A program made the translations under genes and the position numbers. The notes beneath the pieces are model-generated. The model did not search any database and was not told the DNA's origin. It saw only the letters and a program-made list of their open reading frames with translations. A DNA stretch of 64,000 bases, taken from assembly GCA_001542995.1 (NCBI GenBank), contig LFLA01000014.1:96556-160555 (forward strand), given 5' to 3'. This stretch comes from Nitrospina sp. LS_NOB (lineage in GTDB: Bacteria > Nitrospinota > Nitrospinia > Nitrospinales > VA-1). This document shows, one piece after another, positions 51,769 through 61,791 of the stretch (its first letter is position 1; each line of letters begins with the position of its first letter).

Positions 51769-52704
51769 ATGATTGAGGTTGAGAATCTTACCAAGTACTA
51801 TGGGCCAAGAAGAGCCATCAACAATTTAACGTTTCAAATTGCACAGGGGGAAGTCGTTGGTTTTCTAGGCCCCAACGGGGCGGGTAAAAGCACGACCATG
51901 GACATCCTGTCATGCATTCTTCCTGCATCCAGCGGAACGGCCCGGATTCAGGGGTACGACATCTTTGAGCAATCTCTTGAAATCCGAAAAATAATCGGTT
52001 ACCTGCCAGAGACCCCGCCTCTCTATCCGGACATGAGCGTTCGCGATTACCTGATGTTCGCGGCACAAGTCCGGGGACTTGCAGGCAAGCAAACCGGGAC
52101 CGCCGTGGAAAGAGTGATAGAAAAATGTTCCTTAAAAGATGTTGGTCATCGTATCATCGGGCGACTCTCTAAAGGATATCAGCAGCGCGTTGGATTGGCA
52201 CAGGCCATGGTACACGACCCTGACATTCTTATTCTCGACGAACCAACCATTGGCCTGGATCCCATTCAAATTATAGAAATCCGCAAACTGATTCAAGAGT
52301 TGGCCTCTTCGCATACCATCATCCTCAGTTCACACATTCTTCCTGAAATCACACAAATATGCCAGAGAGTCATTATCATTAATGAAGGAGAAATCGCGGC
52401 GGTGGACTCCTTGGAAGGTTTGACCGCCTCACTGAGAAAAAGCGAACGCCTTTCCCTGACCGTAAGGAATAGAGACGATGGAATAGAGGAAAAATTAAAT
52501 TCTTTGAGTCAGGTGCTTTCCGTTTTACCTGGTGAGAAAAACCAGTTTCTGGTTGAATGCGAATTAAACTCCAACCTTCAGGATGAATTCGCGCGTCTGG
52601 CGTTGGAAAACCAATGGGGCCTTGTTGAAATCACACCTATCTCCATGACTCTGGAAGATGTGTTCCTCAAACTGACCATTGAAGAAAAGGATGTGAAGGC
52701 ATGA
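51769..52704 (+). CDS. ABC transporter ATP-binding protein (GldA-like)
   Basis: GPNGAGKS, LSKGYQQR, LDEPT and SSH. Confidence 0.92.
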   Translation: MIEVENLTKYYGPRRAINNLTFQIAQGEVVGFLGPNGAGKSTTMDILSCILPASSGTARIQGYDIFEQSLEIRKIIGYLPETPPLYPDMSVRDYLMFAAQVRGLAGKQTGTAVERVIEKCSLKDVGHRIIGRLSKGYQQRVGLAQAMVHDPDILILDEPTIGLDPIQIIEIRKLIQELASSHTIILSSHILPEITQICQRVIIINEGEIAAVDSLEGLTASLRKSERLSLTVRNRDDGIEEKLNSLSQVLSVLPGEKNQFLVECELNSNLQDEFARLALENQWGLVEITPISMTLEDVFLKLTIEEKDVKA

Positions 52705-53468
52705 GAAACGCATGGATCATTGCAAAGAGGGATTTGGGGTCCTTTTTCAACTCACCCATTTTTTACGTGGTCACCACGGTATTTCTAATCCTATACAGTT
52801 TTATATTTTTTAATATCCTGAATTTTTTTAGCTTCCAGAGTTTGCAGGCAGGACAACTCCAATCCATGGGAATGAACATGAATCTGAACGAAATGGTTAT
52901 TGAGCCCAGCCTCCAAAACATGTCGGTGGTTCTACTGATGATCATCCCCGTTATCACCATGCGCAGCTTTGCTGATGAGAAAAAAATGAAAACTTTCCGC
53001 CTCCTGCTTTCTTCTCCGGTTCCTCTCAGGGAAATAGTTTTTGGGAAGTTCCTAGCCTGTATGATTGTGGTGACAGTGATGATTTTGATCTCCTCTTATT
53101 CTGTGGGCTCCCTGTTTCTGCTCGGAGAACCCGAGCCCGGCCCTATTTTCACAGGCTATTTAGGGGTTTTATTGATGGCAGGTTGTTATGTGTCAGTGGG
53201 GGTCTTCGCTTCATCCTTAACAGACAATCAAATTGTCGCCGCTGTTTTGACTTTCGGATTCTCCCTGTTCATGTGGGTCATCGGCTGGGGAGCTCAGGCT
53301 GTAGGAGCCACTACCGGGCAGATACTGCAATTTCTTTCCATCGTTGACCATTTGGATCGTTTCTTAAAAGGCATGATCGATACCAGCGACCTGGTTTATT
53401 ACCTGAGCTTTATCTTGCTCAGCCTTTTCCTCTGTCACCGCGTGCTGGATTCCAATCGATGGAGATGA
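52701..53468 (+). CDS. ABC-2 permease (GldF-like)
   Basis: TMRSFADEK, GKFLA and SSLTDNQIVA. Confidence 0.88.
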   Translation: MRNAWIIAKRDLGSFFNSPIFYVVTTVFLILYSFIFFNILNFFSFQSLQAGQLQSMGMNMNLNEMVIEPSLQNMSVVLLMIIPVITMRSFADEKKMKTFRLLLSSPVPLREIVFGKFLACMIVVTVMILISSYSVGSLFLLGEPEPGPIFTGYLGVLLMAGCYVSVGVFASSLTDNQIVAAVLTFGFSLFMWVIGWGAQAVGATTGQILQFLSIVDHLDRFLKGMIDTSDLVYYLSFILLSLFLCHRVLDSNRWR

Positions 53469-53472
53469 GGAC

Positions 53473-55041
53473 ATGAAAAAACTTGGACCCATGGCAGGAT
53501 GGCTGGCTCTGACAACAGGTTTTATCGCCCTGTTTTTATATATCGTCCTTCCCGACCTCAAAACTTTGTCGGCTTCACTGGCAGTCGTCTGCCTGATCAA
53601 CACAATATATTTCGGTGTTGCTGAAGGCCCTCAATTAAAGCGAAGCCTTTCCTCGCATTCTGCACTATACGGCGCGAACACCCTGGCCTTGACGGCTATA
53701 TTCATGGGCATATTAATATTTGCGAACCTGCTTGCCTTCCGCCATAAACATCGTTTTGATTTTACGGAAGGAGGCTACTTCACCCTGGCACCGCAAACCA
53801 AAAAGCTTATCTCCAGTCTTCCGCGCGAGGTGAAGCTGACCGCTTTTTTTCAAACCGAATCTCCTGAAAAAATCGCTTTCACCAATTTAATTGCTGGATA
53901 TCTTGAGGAGACCGATAAAATCAAACTGCAATATGTTGACCCGGATAAAAACCCGGCGGTGACCAAACAATATGGCGTTACCACTTATGGAACTGTTGCC
54001 CTGGAAAGCGGCACCAAGGAAACCAAAATTCAAAATGCCAGCGAGGAAAGCATTACCAATGCGCTATTAAAGGTAACTCGCGACGAACAAAAATTAATCT
54101 ATTTTCTCGAAGGACATAACGAGAGCAATATAAACAGCGACGATAACCTGGGCTACTCCACAGCTAAAAAAAATCTTGAGCAGGACGGGTTTATCGTGAA
54201 GCCCCTACTCCTGCTCCAGTCAGGGGAAGTCCCCAAAGACGCTTCGGTACTGGTTATTCCCGGCCCCAAAAAACCGCTTCAGGATGAAGAAAAGGAAATC
54301 CTTGAAAACTATTTGAACTCCGGGGGCACAATTTTCATGCTTATTGATCCCAAGTCTTCATCCGGCATGGAAACTTTTCTCAAAAAATGGGGCATAGAAC
54401 TTGGAGATAATATCGTCATTGATCCTATGTCCAAACTTTTCGGGGGCGATTACGCGGCACCCGTGGTCAATCAATACACGGCCCATGAAATCACCAGCAA
54501 CTTTGTTCTGGCAACTATATTTCCGATTATAAGGTCGGTCCAAGGAGTTCCTGTAGCAGGCATCACCACCACCGAACTCCTGAAAACCAGCGCTAACAGC
54601 TGGGCGGAATCCGACTTCAATTCCGGAACTGTAAACTATGACGAGGATAAGGATATCAAAGGGCCGGTTTCCGTCTCGGTCATTGCCACAAAAATCCTGG
54701 GTGAAGCAAGCCCCGAAATTTCTGATACCCTTAAAAGCGATGCCGAGCCAGAGAAAAACAAACCTTCTTTAAAAGCTACACTTCTGGTGGTTGGGGATTC
54801 TGATTTCTCAAATAATCGCTACACCAACTTTTCAGGAAATGGCGATTTCTTTCTCAATGCCATTTCATGGCTGGCGGAGGAGGAACAACTGATTTCCATT
54901 CGCCCTAAAGAAAGGAAGAACACACCCATTCAAATAACCCAATCCATGGGGAACGCAATATTCATAATGGGTATCATTGTGTTTCCCGGCCTGATTGCCG
55001 CAATGGGAATTCGCATTTGGTGGAGGAGACGCCGATTATGA
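53473..55041 (+). CDS. GldG-like ABC auxiliary protein
   Basis: DFTEGGYFTL, YVDPD, YFLEGHNE, VVGDSDF and GNGDFFLN. Confidence 0.85.
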   Translation: MKKLGPMAGWLALTTGFIALFLYIVLPDLKTLSASLAVVCLINTIYFGVAEGPQLKRSLSSHSALYGANTLALTAIFMGILIFANLLAFRHKHRFDFTEGGYFTLAPQTKKLISSLPREVKLTAFFQTESPEKIAFTNLIAGYLEETDKIKLQYVDPDKNPAVTKQYGVTTYGTVALESGTKETKIQNASEESITNALLKVTRDEQKLIYFLEGHNESNINSDDNLGYSTAKKNLEQDGFIVKPLLLLQSGEVPKDASVLVIPGPKKPLQDEEKEILENYLNSGGTIFMLIDPKSSSGMETFLKKWGIELGDNIVIDPMSKLFGGDYAAPVVNQYTAHEITSNFVLATIFPIIRSVQGVPVAGITTTELLKTSANSWAESDFNSGTVNYDEDKDIKGPVSVSVIATKILGEASPEISDTLKSDAEPEKNKPSLKATLLVVGDSDFSNNRYTNFSGNGDFFLNAISWLAEEEQLISIRPKERKNTPIQITQSMGNAIFIMGIIVFPGLIAAMGIRIWWRRRRL

Positions 55042-56775
55042 AGTTTAAAGGAACGGCCCTGATGGCGGCTGTCTTCCTGAGTCTCGTTCTTTATTATTTT
55101 TTCGTTGACCTGCCCGCCGAACAAAAAGAAAAAATCGAAAAAGAGCACGCCGAAAAACTCCTTCCCATTGAAATGGAAAAAGTGGTTGAGTTTTCTCTGA
55201 CCGGCAATGGCGAACCCATAGCCTTAAAGCGCGTGGCTCCGTATAAATGGGATCTCATCCGCCCTCTCTCGGCAACCGGCGACTCTACAGAAGCAGAAGC
55301 CTTTATATCAGAAATCGAAAACCTTAAAAAAACCCGGGTGGTGGAAGAAAACCCTAAGGACCTTTCTATTTATGGTCTGAGTTCCCCAACTCTTAAAATC
55401 TATTTCAAATTTGAAAATAAAAATGAGGAGACTTTACTAATAGGGAACGAAAGCCCTCTAGGGGGCCATCTCTACTTCAAGCGAGAAAACCATCCTGCCG
55501 TGATGATGGCCGCTACATCCCGGTCCCGTTTTGAAAAATCCGTTTACAGTTTTCGCGACAAAACCCTGCTCAACTTCAATACGGGTTCCATCCAACGAAT
55601 ACAAATCCTCAGAGAGAAAAACCCCCTGGAATTCAAAAAAATGGGTGAAACCTGGGAAATATCAGGAGATATTCGTTTCCAGGGAGACAAGGATGCCATT
55701 ATGGATTTTCTCCAGGCCATTCAATTTTCCAGAGTCCGTGAGTTTGTCGATGAAAACCCGGACTCTCTTGAATACTATGGTCTGAATCCGCCGGCACTGA
55801 AACTCACTTTAGAAAATGAAAAAGGTGAATCCCAAACACTTTCTATGGGCAACCCCAAAGAAGGAAAAGGTTATTTCGGCAAAATCAATGGTTCTCAAAA
55901 TATCGTATTGGCAGACACCCGGCTTTTTGAAACACTCTCTCAAAAAACCGTGGAGTTTCTCGATAAAACATTGCTGGAGTTTGATGAAAAAGAAATTCTT
56001 GAGCTGTCACTGCACTCTGAAAATGAAACTATTCGCGTGGTTCGTGGCGAAAACGATGGTTGGAACATTCAAAGTCCAATAAAAACCGCCGCCGATCTGT
56101 CTACCGTTAACAGCCTGCTCTTTGATCTCAAAGAAGCCCGGATCAGCACATTCATAAAAATCTCTCTAGAGACCCCAGAATCGTTCGGCCTGGACACTTC
56201 CCAAAAATCTTTTAGCCTGAAAATGAAAGACTCAAAAATATGGACCCTGCAATTGGGCAATCAATCCACCAATGGTCGGCAGGTATTCGCCCAACGAACA
56301 GGGGAACCAACCGTATTTTCAATATCCAAAGAAGTGGTCGAAAAATTGTTTCGCAGTCTTCACGATTTAAGAAATAAAAAAACTACTGAAATTCGAAAGT
56401 ACTGAAGTGAATAAAATTTTGATCCAAACCCCTAAAAAACTCTTTGAGTTGAGGAAAAGTGGATCCCAATGGAGTCTCGAGAAACCCGAAAAAATCAAGG
56501 CCGAACATATCGGCAACGATCTGGTCTGGATCCTGAAAGGGTTGGAGTTTAGCTCTATTGTCACCCCACCCCTGCCCGCCAATCTCTCAGGGCTGGACTC
56601 TCCCTTATTCACCATCCGCCTTTTCAAGCAAAACGAGATTGCCGCCTTAAAGGTCGGCAATCTTTTTGAACCAGAGCAGGAATATCTCGTTGAAGTTGGA
56701 AACCAACAATATCGGGTTAAAAATAAATTTCTCGACACCATCCCCTTGAACTTGGACAAATTCAAGCTTAAATAG
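55038..56775 (+). CDS. DUF4340-repeat protein, frameshift at A7 run 56376-56382
   Basis: Repeated YGL..P motifs. Removing one A gives RNKKLLKFESTEVNKILIQ and joins ORF 56407..56775. Confidence 0.8.
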
Positions 56776-56968
56776 GCATTTTTTGAACATTGTGCATCAG
56801 AAAAGATCTGGTTTGTTGCCCCCACCCTATATTGTAATATTACTCTCTAAGCCACACATTATATGGTAGACAATGAACCAAACGCTCAAAAACTGGTTTT
56901 TTTAACCAAATAAACATATGTAAACAAATGACTTATGCGTTTTTTGGCAATTTTTTTCAAATTAATGC

Positions 56969-57022
56969 TTGACAGGTACTATATGTAGTGGTACTTTTTC
57001 GGAAGCATACAATATAAAGGAA
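56969..57022 (+). promoter_or_regulatory. Promoter (-35 TTGACA) overlapped by tandem NrdR-like boxes
   Basis: gtaCTATATGTAGtgg (56976-56991) and ataCAATATAAAGgaa (57007-57022), 31 bp apart, resemble acaCwAtATaTwGtgt. Confidence 0.7.
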
Positions 57023-57514
57023 CTGCTTATTAGGTTCTGGCACTGCAAAAGGTGCCTGATCGGGTTCCGAGTCCGGTTTTCCCGGAAGAAAGATGAATTA
57101 AGAGTTGTTACAGATCTTCCAACGGCGGGTTACTAGAAAAGCGAGTTCCATAGCAATGAATGAGACGCATCCCAAATTTGATTTTTTAAAAACAACCAGT
57201 GGGATGCGTGCCAGTCTCAAACCCCTTCCCAAACCCCCAAATGTATTGAGCGCCAGCCGAATCCTCCGTTCAGTCTCGGTAGATGAATTCCATCCAATTG
57301 GCGTAGTATGGAACCTCTTTTTAACGCTGGGTTTAGCCCGGAAAAATAGTAACCCGCCTCCTTTCTTTAAAAGGACGCGCCCCGCCTTTTCGTGAGTTTG
57401 CAGGTATTGATAGTATTTGCCTCCATGTCAAGGACGGTTGATTGAAGGATCTATTCTAAGGTTTAAGATTTCACTCGGGAAAGGCGGGGCGTTAACCCTC
57501 TTTCCCGTTTTTTT
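57005..57514 (+). ncRNA. Candidate large structured non-coding RNA or attenuated leader
   Basis: Several long-range perfect helices (57124-57135/57347-57358, 57165-57174/57200-57209, 57378-57392/57476-57491), ending in a hairpin plus T7. Confidence 0.55.
57476..57514 (+). terminator. Intrinsic terminator
   Basis: cgggaaag...ctttcccg followed by ttttttt. Confidence 0.7.
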
Positions 57515-57579
57515 GCCTTCGGTTAATTTTAATCGCTTTCCTCCCCCCGCTTGTTTATAATCCTTTCCGAAAACCAATT

Positions 57580-58044
57580 ATGGAAACCATTGTGAACAAA
57601 ACCGACCAAGTTCCCGTCCCCTGCAAGGGTGAACATCTTCCCCAATATGCGCACAAAGGCGATGCCGGTGCTGACTTGCAAGCTGTGGAAACCCGGATCA
57701 TTGCTCCCCGAGGTCGGGAGCTGATTGCTACGGGACTCCGACTGGAACTCCCGGAAGGTTATGTAGGTTTAATCTGGCCGCGCAGCGGACCTGCGGTTAA
57801 GCTGGGGCTTGATTGCGGTGCCGGAGTGATTGACTCACATTATCGAGGCGAGATAAAAGTTCTTCTCTTCAACCATTCCGATGATGAAATCCGTATCCAG
57901 TCGGGAGACCGCATCGCCCAGTTGATCATCCAAAAAGTAGAAACGGTTAAGTTCATACTGAGCGACCATTTGAGTGAAACGGCCCGCAACACCGCAGGTT
58001 TTGGATCAACGGGAGATCTGCCTGTTGCGAATTCCGGTCAATAA
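57580..58044 (+). CDS. dut: dUTP diphosphatase
   Basis: AGADL, PRSG, GVIDSHYRGE, GDRIAQ and RNTAGFGSTG. Confidence 0.93.
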   Translation: METIVNKTDQVPVPCKGEHLPQYAHKGDAGADLQAVETRIIAPRGRELIATGLRLELPEGYVGLIWPRSGPAVKLGLDCGAGVIDSHYRGEIKVLLFNHSDDEIRIQSGDRIAQLIIQKVETVKFILSDHLSETARNTAGFGSTGDLPVANSGQ

Positions 58045-58648
58045 TTCCATCCTTCAGCTTGAACAGGGGGATATCACCGAAAGCTCTGCCGATGCCATTG
58101 TTAATGCCGCAATCAAAAGTCCACATACGGCACGCATGGAAGAAAAAGAACTAAAGTCTATAGCCTCTTTCCTGCTATCAGCGCCGGCATATTCGGGTTT
58201 CCGCTTGAACTTGCGGCAGAGACCCTCCTCAAAACAGAGACCTTTGCGTAAGTCGAAAAAAACAGAAAAGCGAGATTCTTCACTGCGTTCAGAATGACAA
58301 TGCAATCTTGTTTAGAATGACAAGAAACGCCAGTTTGTCATCCTCGAGGAGCCGAAGGCGACGAAGGATCCCTCCCGGAATGACAGAAAAGCGAGATTCT
58401 TCACTGCGTTCAGAATGACAAGAAATGCCGGTTTGTCATTCTGAGGAACAACGTGACGAAGAATCTCGCCTTGCACTAACCTGGGGATTCTTCGATTTTT
58501 CGACTCATGCAAAGCTCTCCTCAAAACAGTCTGGCAATACCTTTCCCGGAAAACCGGAATTCAAACTGTGATATTTATCCTGTTCGACATAGAAACCTTC
58601 AACGTTTTCAAAGGCAGGCTGACTTTTCTTGAAAAAGGGGAAATCTGA
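58025..58648 (+). pseudogene. Macro-domain (ADP-ribose hydrolase) pseudogene, internally deleted and interrupted by a MITE
   Basis: QGDITESSADAIVNAA, then PAISAGIFGFP...ETLLKT|VWQYLS...VIFILFD once the MITE is removed; the GGGV segment is missing. Confidence 0.8.
58237..58519. mobile_element. Composite MITE (283 bp) with 24-bp TIRs and 9-bp TSD
   Basis: gagacctttgcgtaagtcgaaaaa / tttttcgactcatgcaaagctctc; ctcaaaaca at 58228-58236 and 58520-58528; internal palindrome modules. Confidence 0.92.
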
Positions 58649-58718
58649 TTAACCCCATGACCATAAAATCAGATATAATAAGGAATGTACGTCCAAACAT
58701 TATTTTTGTGAGCATCGC

Positions 58719-59399
58719 ATGGGATTACTAGCTTGGATACAAAAACAATTTGGCATTCCAATGAATGAAGAAAACGAAAGCATCCGGGAATCTACGCCTG
58801 CAAAAGAAGGGCAGTTCAGGGTGCTTCGCATACAGCCAACTCCCAACCCGGACGCCTTTCAGTTTATTATAAACGGCAAGGTCATTGAGGCTGGGACGAA
58901 AACTTTCGACTCTCCCGATGACGTCGGGGATGACCCGATGGCCAAAACCTTGTTTGATATTTTTGGAATACAAAGTATTTATATCAAAGAAAACTTTGTC
59001 ACCGTTACTAAGTCCAATGCCGTGGGGTGGCACACGATCATGGAAAAAATCGGCACCGCAATAGAAGCTCATTTGCACTATTACGAAAAAGGCAATGACG
59101 CAAAAGGGGATCAGGACGTCCATCCGGTATTGGAAGATTTCAACAAGGAAGAATTTTTCAATTACAGCGACGATCAAAAGGCCGAGGTGATCAACGCCCT
59201 GCTGGATATTGCCATTCGCCCTGCTCTGGCAAATGATGGTGGGGGCATCAATCTACTATCGGTGGAAGATAAGACTATTAAAGTTCACTATCAAGGAGCC
59301 TGCGGCAGTTGCCCCAGCTCAACCACCGGAACCCTGCAATACATCGAACAATTCCTGAAAGAGGCCATTCACCCTGATGTTGAGGTTCAGGCAAACTGA
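58719..59399 (+). CDS. Nfu/NifU-like Fe-S scaffold (Nfu_N plus NifU_C)
   Basis: QPTPNP, IRPALANDGG and YQGACGSCPSS. Confidence 0.88.
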   Translation: MGLLAWIQKQFGIPMNEENESIRESTPAKEGQFRVLRIQPTPNPDAFQFIINGKVIEAGTKTFDSPDDVGDDPMAKTLFDIFGIQSIYIKENFVTVTKSNAVGWHTIMEKIGTAIEAHLHYYEKGNDAKGDQDVHPVLEDFNKEEFFNYSDDQKAEVINALLDIAIRPALANDGGGINLLSVEDKTIKVHYQGACGSCPSSTTGTLQYIEQFLKEAIHPDVEVQAN

Positions 59400-59791
59400 C
59401 CGGCCTACCCGGCACTTCGGATTCCTTCGCGGCTCACTCTTCGCCAGAGAAGCAACCGCTGTATCTTTCAACCGCAGACAATATTCTTTGAGCGCAATCT
59501 GATTGGTTCGATTCCCTCACGGCTTGCCAGATATATCAAGGGGTCGTATCTTCAGGGCACGGTCTCTTTTTCTTTGCGCAGGCCCTATGCGGACAAATTA
59601 TTTAAAGCAGGTGAGAACTTGAAAACATCAAGGAAGTTACTCGCTCATCTTCATATTCATCCATTTTATCAAAGTCTCAATGCTCTTGCACTTTCCTCAT
59701 TAAACTAGTAAAACCCACAAGGGCGTGAGCTAAGAATTGTTAAAATGGTGTTCAAGTTTTACTAATCTTGTCATAACCTCAGGAGGCAAAG

Positions 59792-60682
59792 ATGCGGAAT
59801 AGAACAGGTCGGGGATGGGTATGTCTGATGGTTGGGATGGCCTTCCTGCTTATTGCCGGTCAAGCATCGGCCAAGGATGGGTGGTACATGGCGATGGATC
59901 TGGGCGTGGCTGTCGGGCCGGGTCTGGACACTCGCGGCTCTGATAATGATTTTCCGACCACATGTGATCGATTTATCGATCCAGCTACGACTTGCAATGA
60001 TCTTTCTAATGAGAAATGGACGAACAAGTTTGACGGGAGCACCGGGGTCCTGGCGGGGTTGGCTGTGGGATATCGCTGGCAGAACTTCAGAATCGAGGGG
60101 GAATATTTCTATCGCAACGCAACACACGATGACGCGAGCGAACCAAACTTCGGCGGGTTAAATCTAAAGACTTTAGAGGAAATTAGTGAATCCGAAGAGG
60201 TGATTGATGGCGTGTTATCGCACAACTTCTTCACCAACCTGTACTACGATTTTACTTCGGACTCAAAGTGGACACCGTATCTGGGGGTTGGTGTGGGCTT
60301 TGCGCAGGTCTCGCTTGATTACTTTAGCCGCTTTACACGGTCAAGTGACCCTGATGATATTAGTACCTTCCCCTCCGGAGACTCACGGAATACGCTCTTG
60401 GCCGGCACGACCACCATCGGCAGAAGTAAGCTCTCGGATACGTTGCTCGGCTATCAGGCGATTGCCGGCGTGGATTATCGGATCAGTGAACCGGTTACCA
60501 TCGGCCTCAAGTTCCGATGGGTGGATTTTGGAGAATTCAAGGATGACGATGAGTGGAGGCAGCTTCGCAGTCACGACGCCACTAACTCTCCCGCTCCTGG
60601 CAGTGCTCGTGTGCGATACCAGGTCGCGACGGACGACATCGAATTCTGGGGTTTGAGCCTCAACATGAAGTATCATTTCTAA
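59792..60682 (+). CDS. Outer-membrane beta-barrel protein (Opa/OmpA-like porin family)
   Basis: Signal peptide, GYRWQNFRIEGEY, NLYYDF, PYLGVGVG, GYQAIAG and C-terminal YHF. Confidence 0.85.
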   Translation: MRNRTGRGWVCLMVGMAFLLIAGQASAKDGWYMAMDLGVAVGPGLDTRGSDNDFPTTCDRFIDPATTCNDLSNEKWTNKFDGSTGVLAGLAVGYRWQNFRIEGEYFYRNATHDDASEPNFGGLNLKTLEEISESEEVIDGVLSHNFFTNLYYDFTSDSKWTPYLGVGVGFAQVSLDYFSRFTRSSDPDDISTFPSGDSRNTLLAGTTTIGRSKLSDTLLGYQAIAGVDYRISEPVTIGLKFRWVDFGEFKDDDEWRQLRSHDATNSPAPGSARVRYQVATDDIEFWGLSLNMKYHF

Positions 60683-60735
60683 GTCGGGTGGACCTCTGCG
60701 GCCCCCCCCTGCTATTTAAAAAGTATTTGATGCCG

Positions 60736-61559
60736 TTATCTTTGCATCTCTTTTAAATACCGTGAGTATTCATAGGGTGTATGGTTTGGGATCCACTGAA
60801 CCCTCCGGGCACTCAAAAAACTTAGAGCATTGTTTCCCAGATGGTAGATTTTATAAAACCGGTCTTGAGGGTGGAGGGGTTCTTCAAAAGGGTAAAGGGG
60901 ATAATAATGACCCAAATACCACACCTCGTCTTGCCCGGTTGATAGTTCCTTTAGCTTCGAAGCAATCCGGGAAGGAATTAAATTGCTGTAAAAACCACTC
61001 TTTAAAAATTGAATCTCCCCAACAGGTTCATAACAGGCCAGACAAGAAGTATGAAGTTTTTTCGGCAGGGATTTTTGCGGTAGCAGAAATAGGATCGCAT
61101 TGCCAGCACCAGCATCAGGGAACAGGGCAGATCCACCATCGGTTCAAAAGAATAAACCAGAAAACCAGGCTGGATCATCAGCAGCAAAGCCCCAAGGGCC
61201 GCCAACTCCCGATGCAATAAAGATTTCAGAAGCAGATAACTTGAGCCAATAAATACAAAAGAAATTATCAGGGCAATAAAATGCGCCGTTTTGATAACCG
61301 CCTGAGGAGAGACTCCCAAATATTGCAAAGCAGCTACGGGAGTTAACAAAAACGGGTATAAAGGAGGATGGGTATTTAATTCCGGCTCTTCATAATGGGA
61401 GAGGCCAGCATTATAATTGGCCATCCCCAGATAGGAATAACTATCGTAATTGCTGATTTCTAATTTCATGATGAAAGCCACCATGAACAGGAAAAGTCCC
61501 GCAAAAGCCAGCTTGAATAAAATCGAAACGGGTTTATCCTTCCAACGACTCAATTCCAT
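60736..61559 (-). pseudogene. Membrane glycosyltransferase (GT39/PMT-like) remnant, internally deleted
   Basis: DSYSY...HPPLYP and TM helices break off near 61040; another frame continues GEIQFLKSGFY... to stop 60736. Confidence 0.6.
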
Positions 61560-61791
61560 ATGGCAGCTACCCCATGCACTTATTTATAAATTCAACTTTC
61601 CCGCCAAAAAAATTTCCTTTATATTTTTATCATCAATTTCAACAAGGAGGGGAAGTAAAGAGGGGGTTCAAGCTTGTTTAAAACCTATAAGCTGGCAGGA
61701 AACCGTCAGGTTTCTATTTTAAAATCATGGACAGTCTGACTGAGGTGATCTTGGCTTGCAGGCCGCACGAGTGAATCAATTGACTTTTAGA

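Noticed and set aside
57105-57395. 96-aa ORF as a real protein
   Set aside because: TTG start, no recognisable motif, and it coincides with long RNA-like helices; more likely non-coding.
58262-58467. Repeated 39-bp units as a CRISPR array
   Set aside because: Only two direct copies with palindromic, non-unique intervening DNA, bounded by TIRs and a TSD; no cas genes. It is a MITE.
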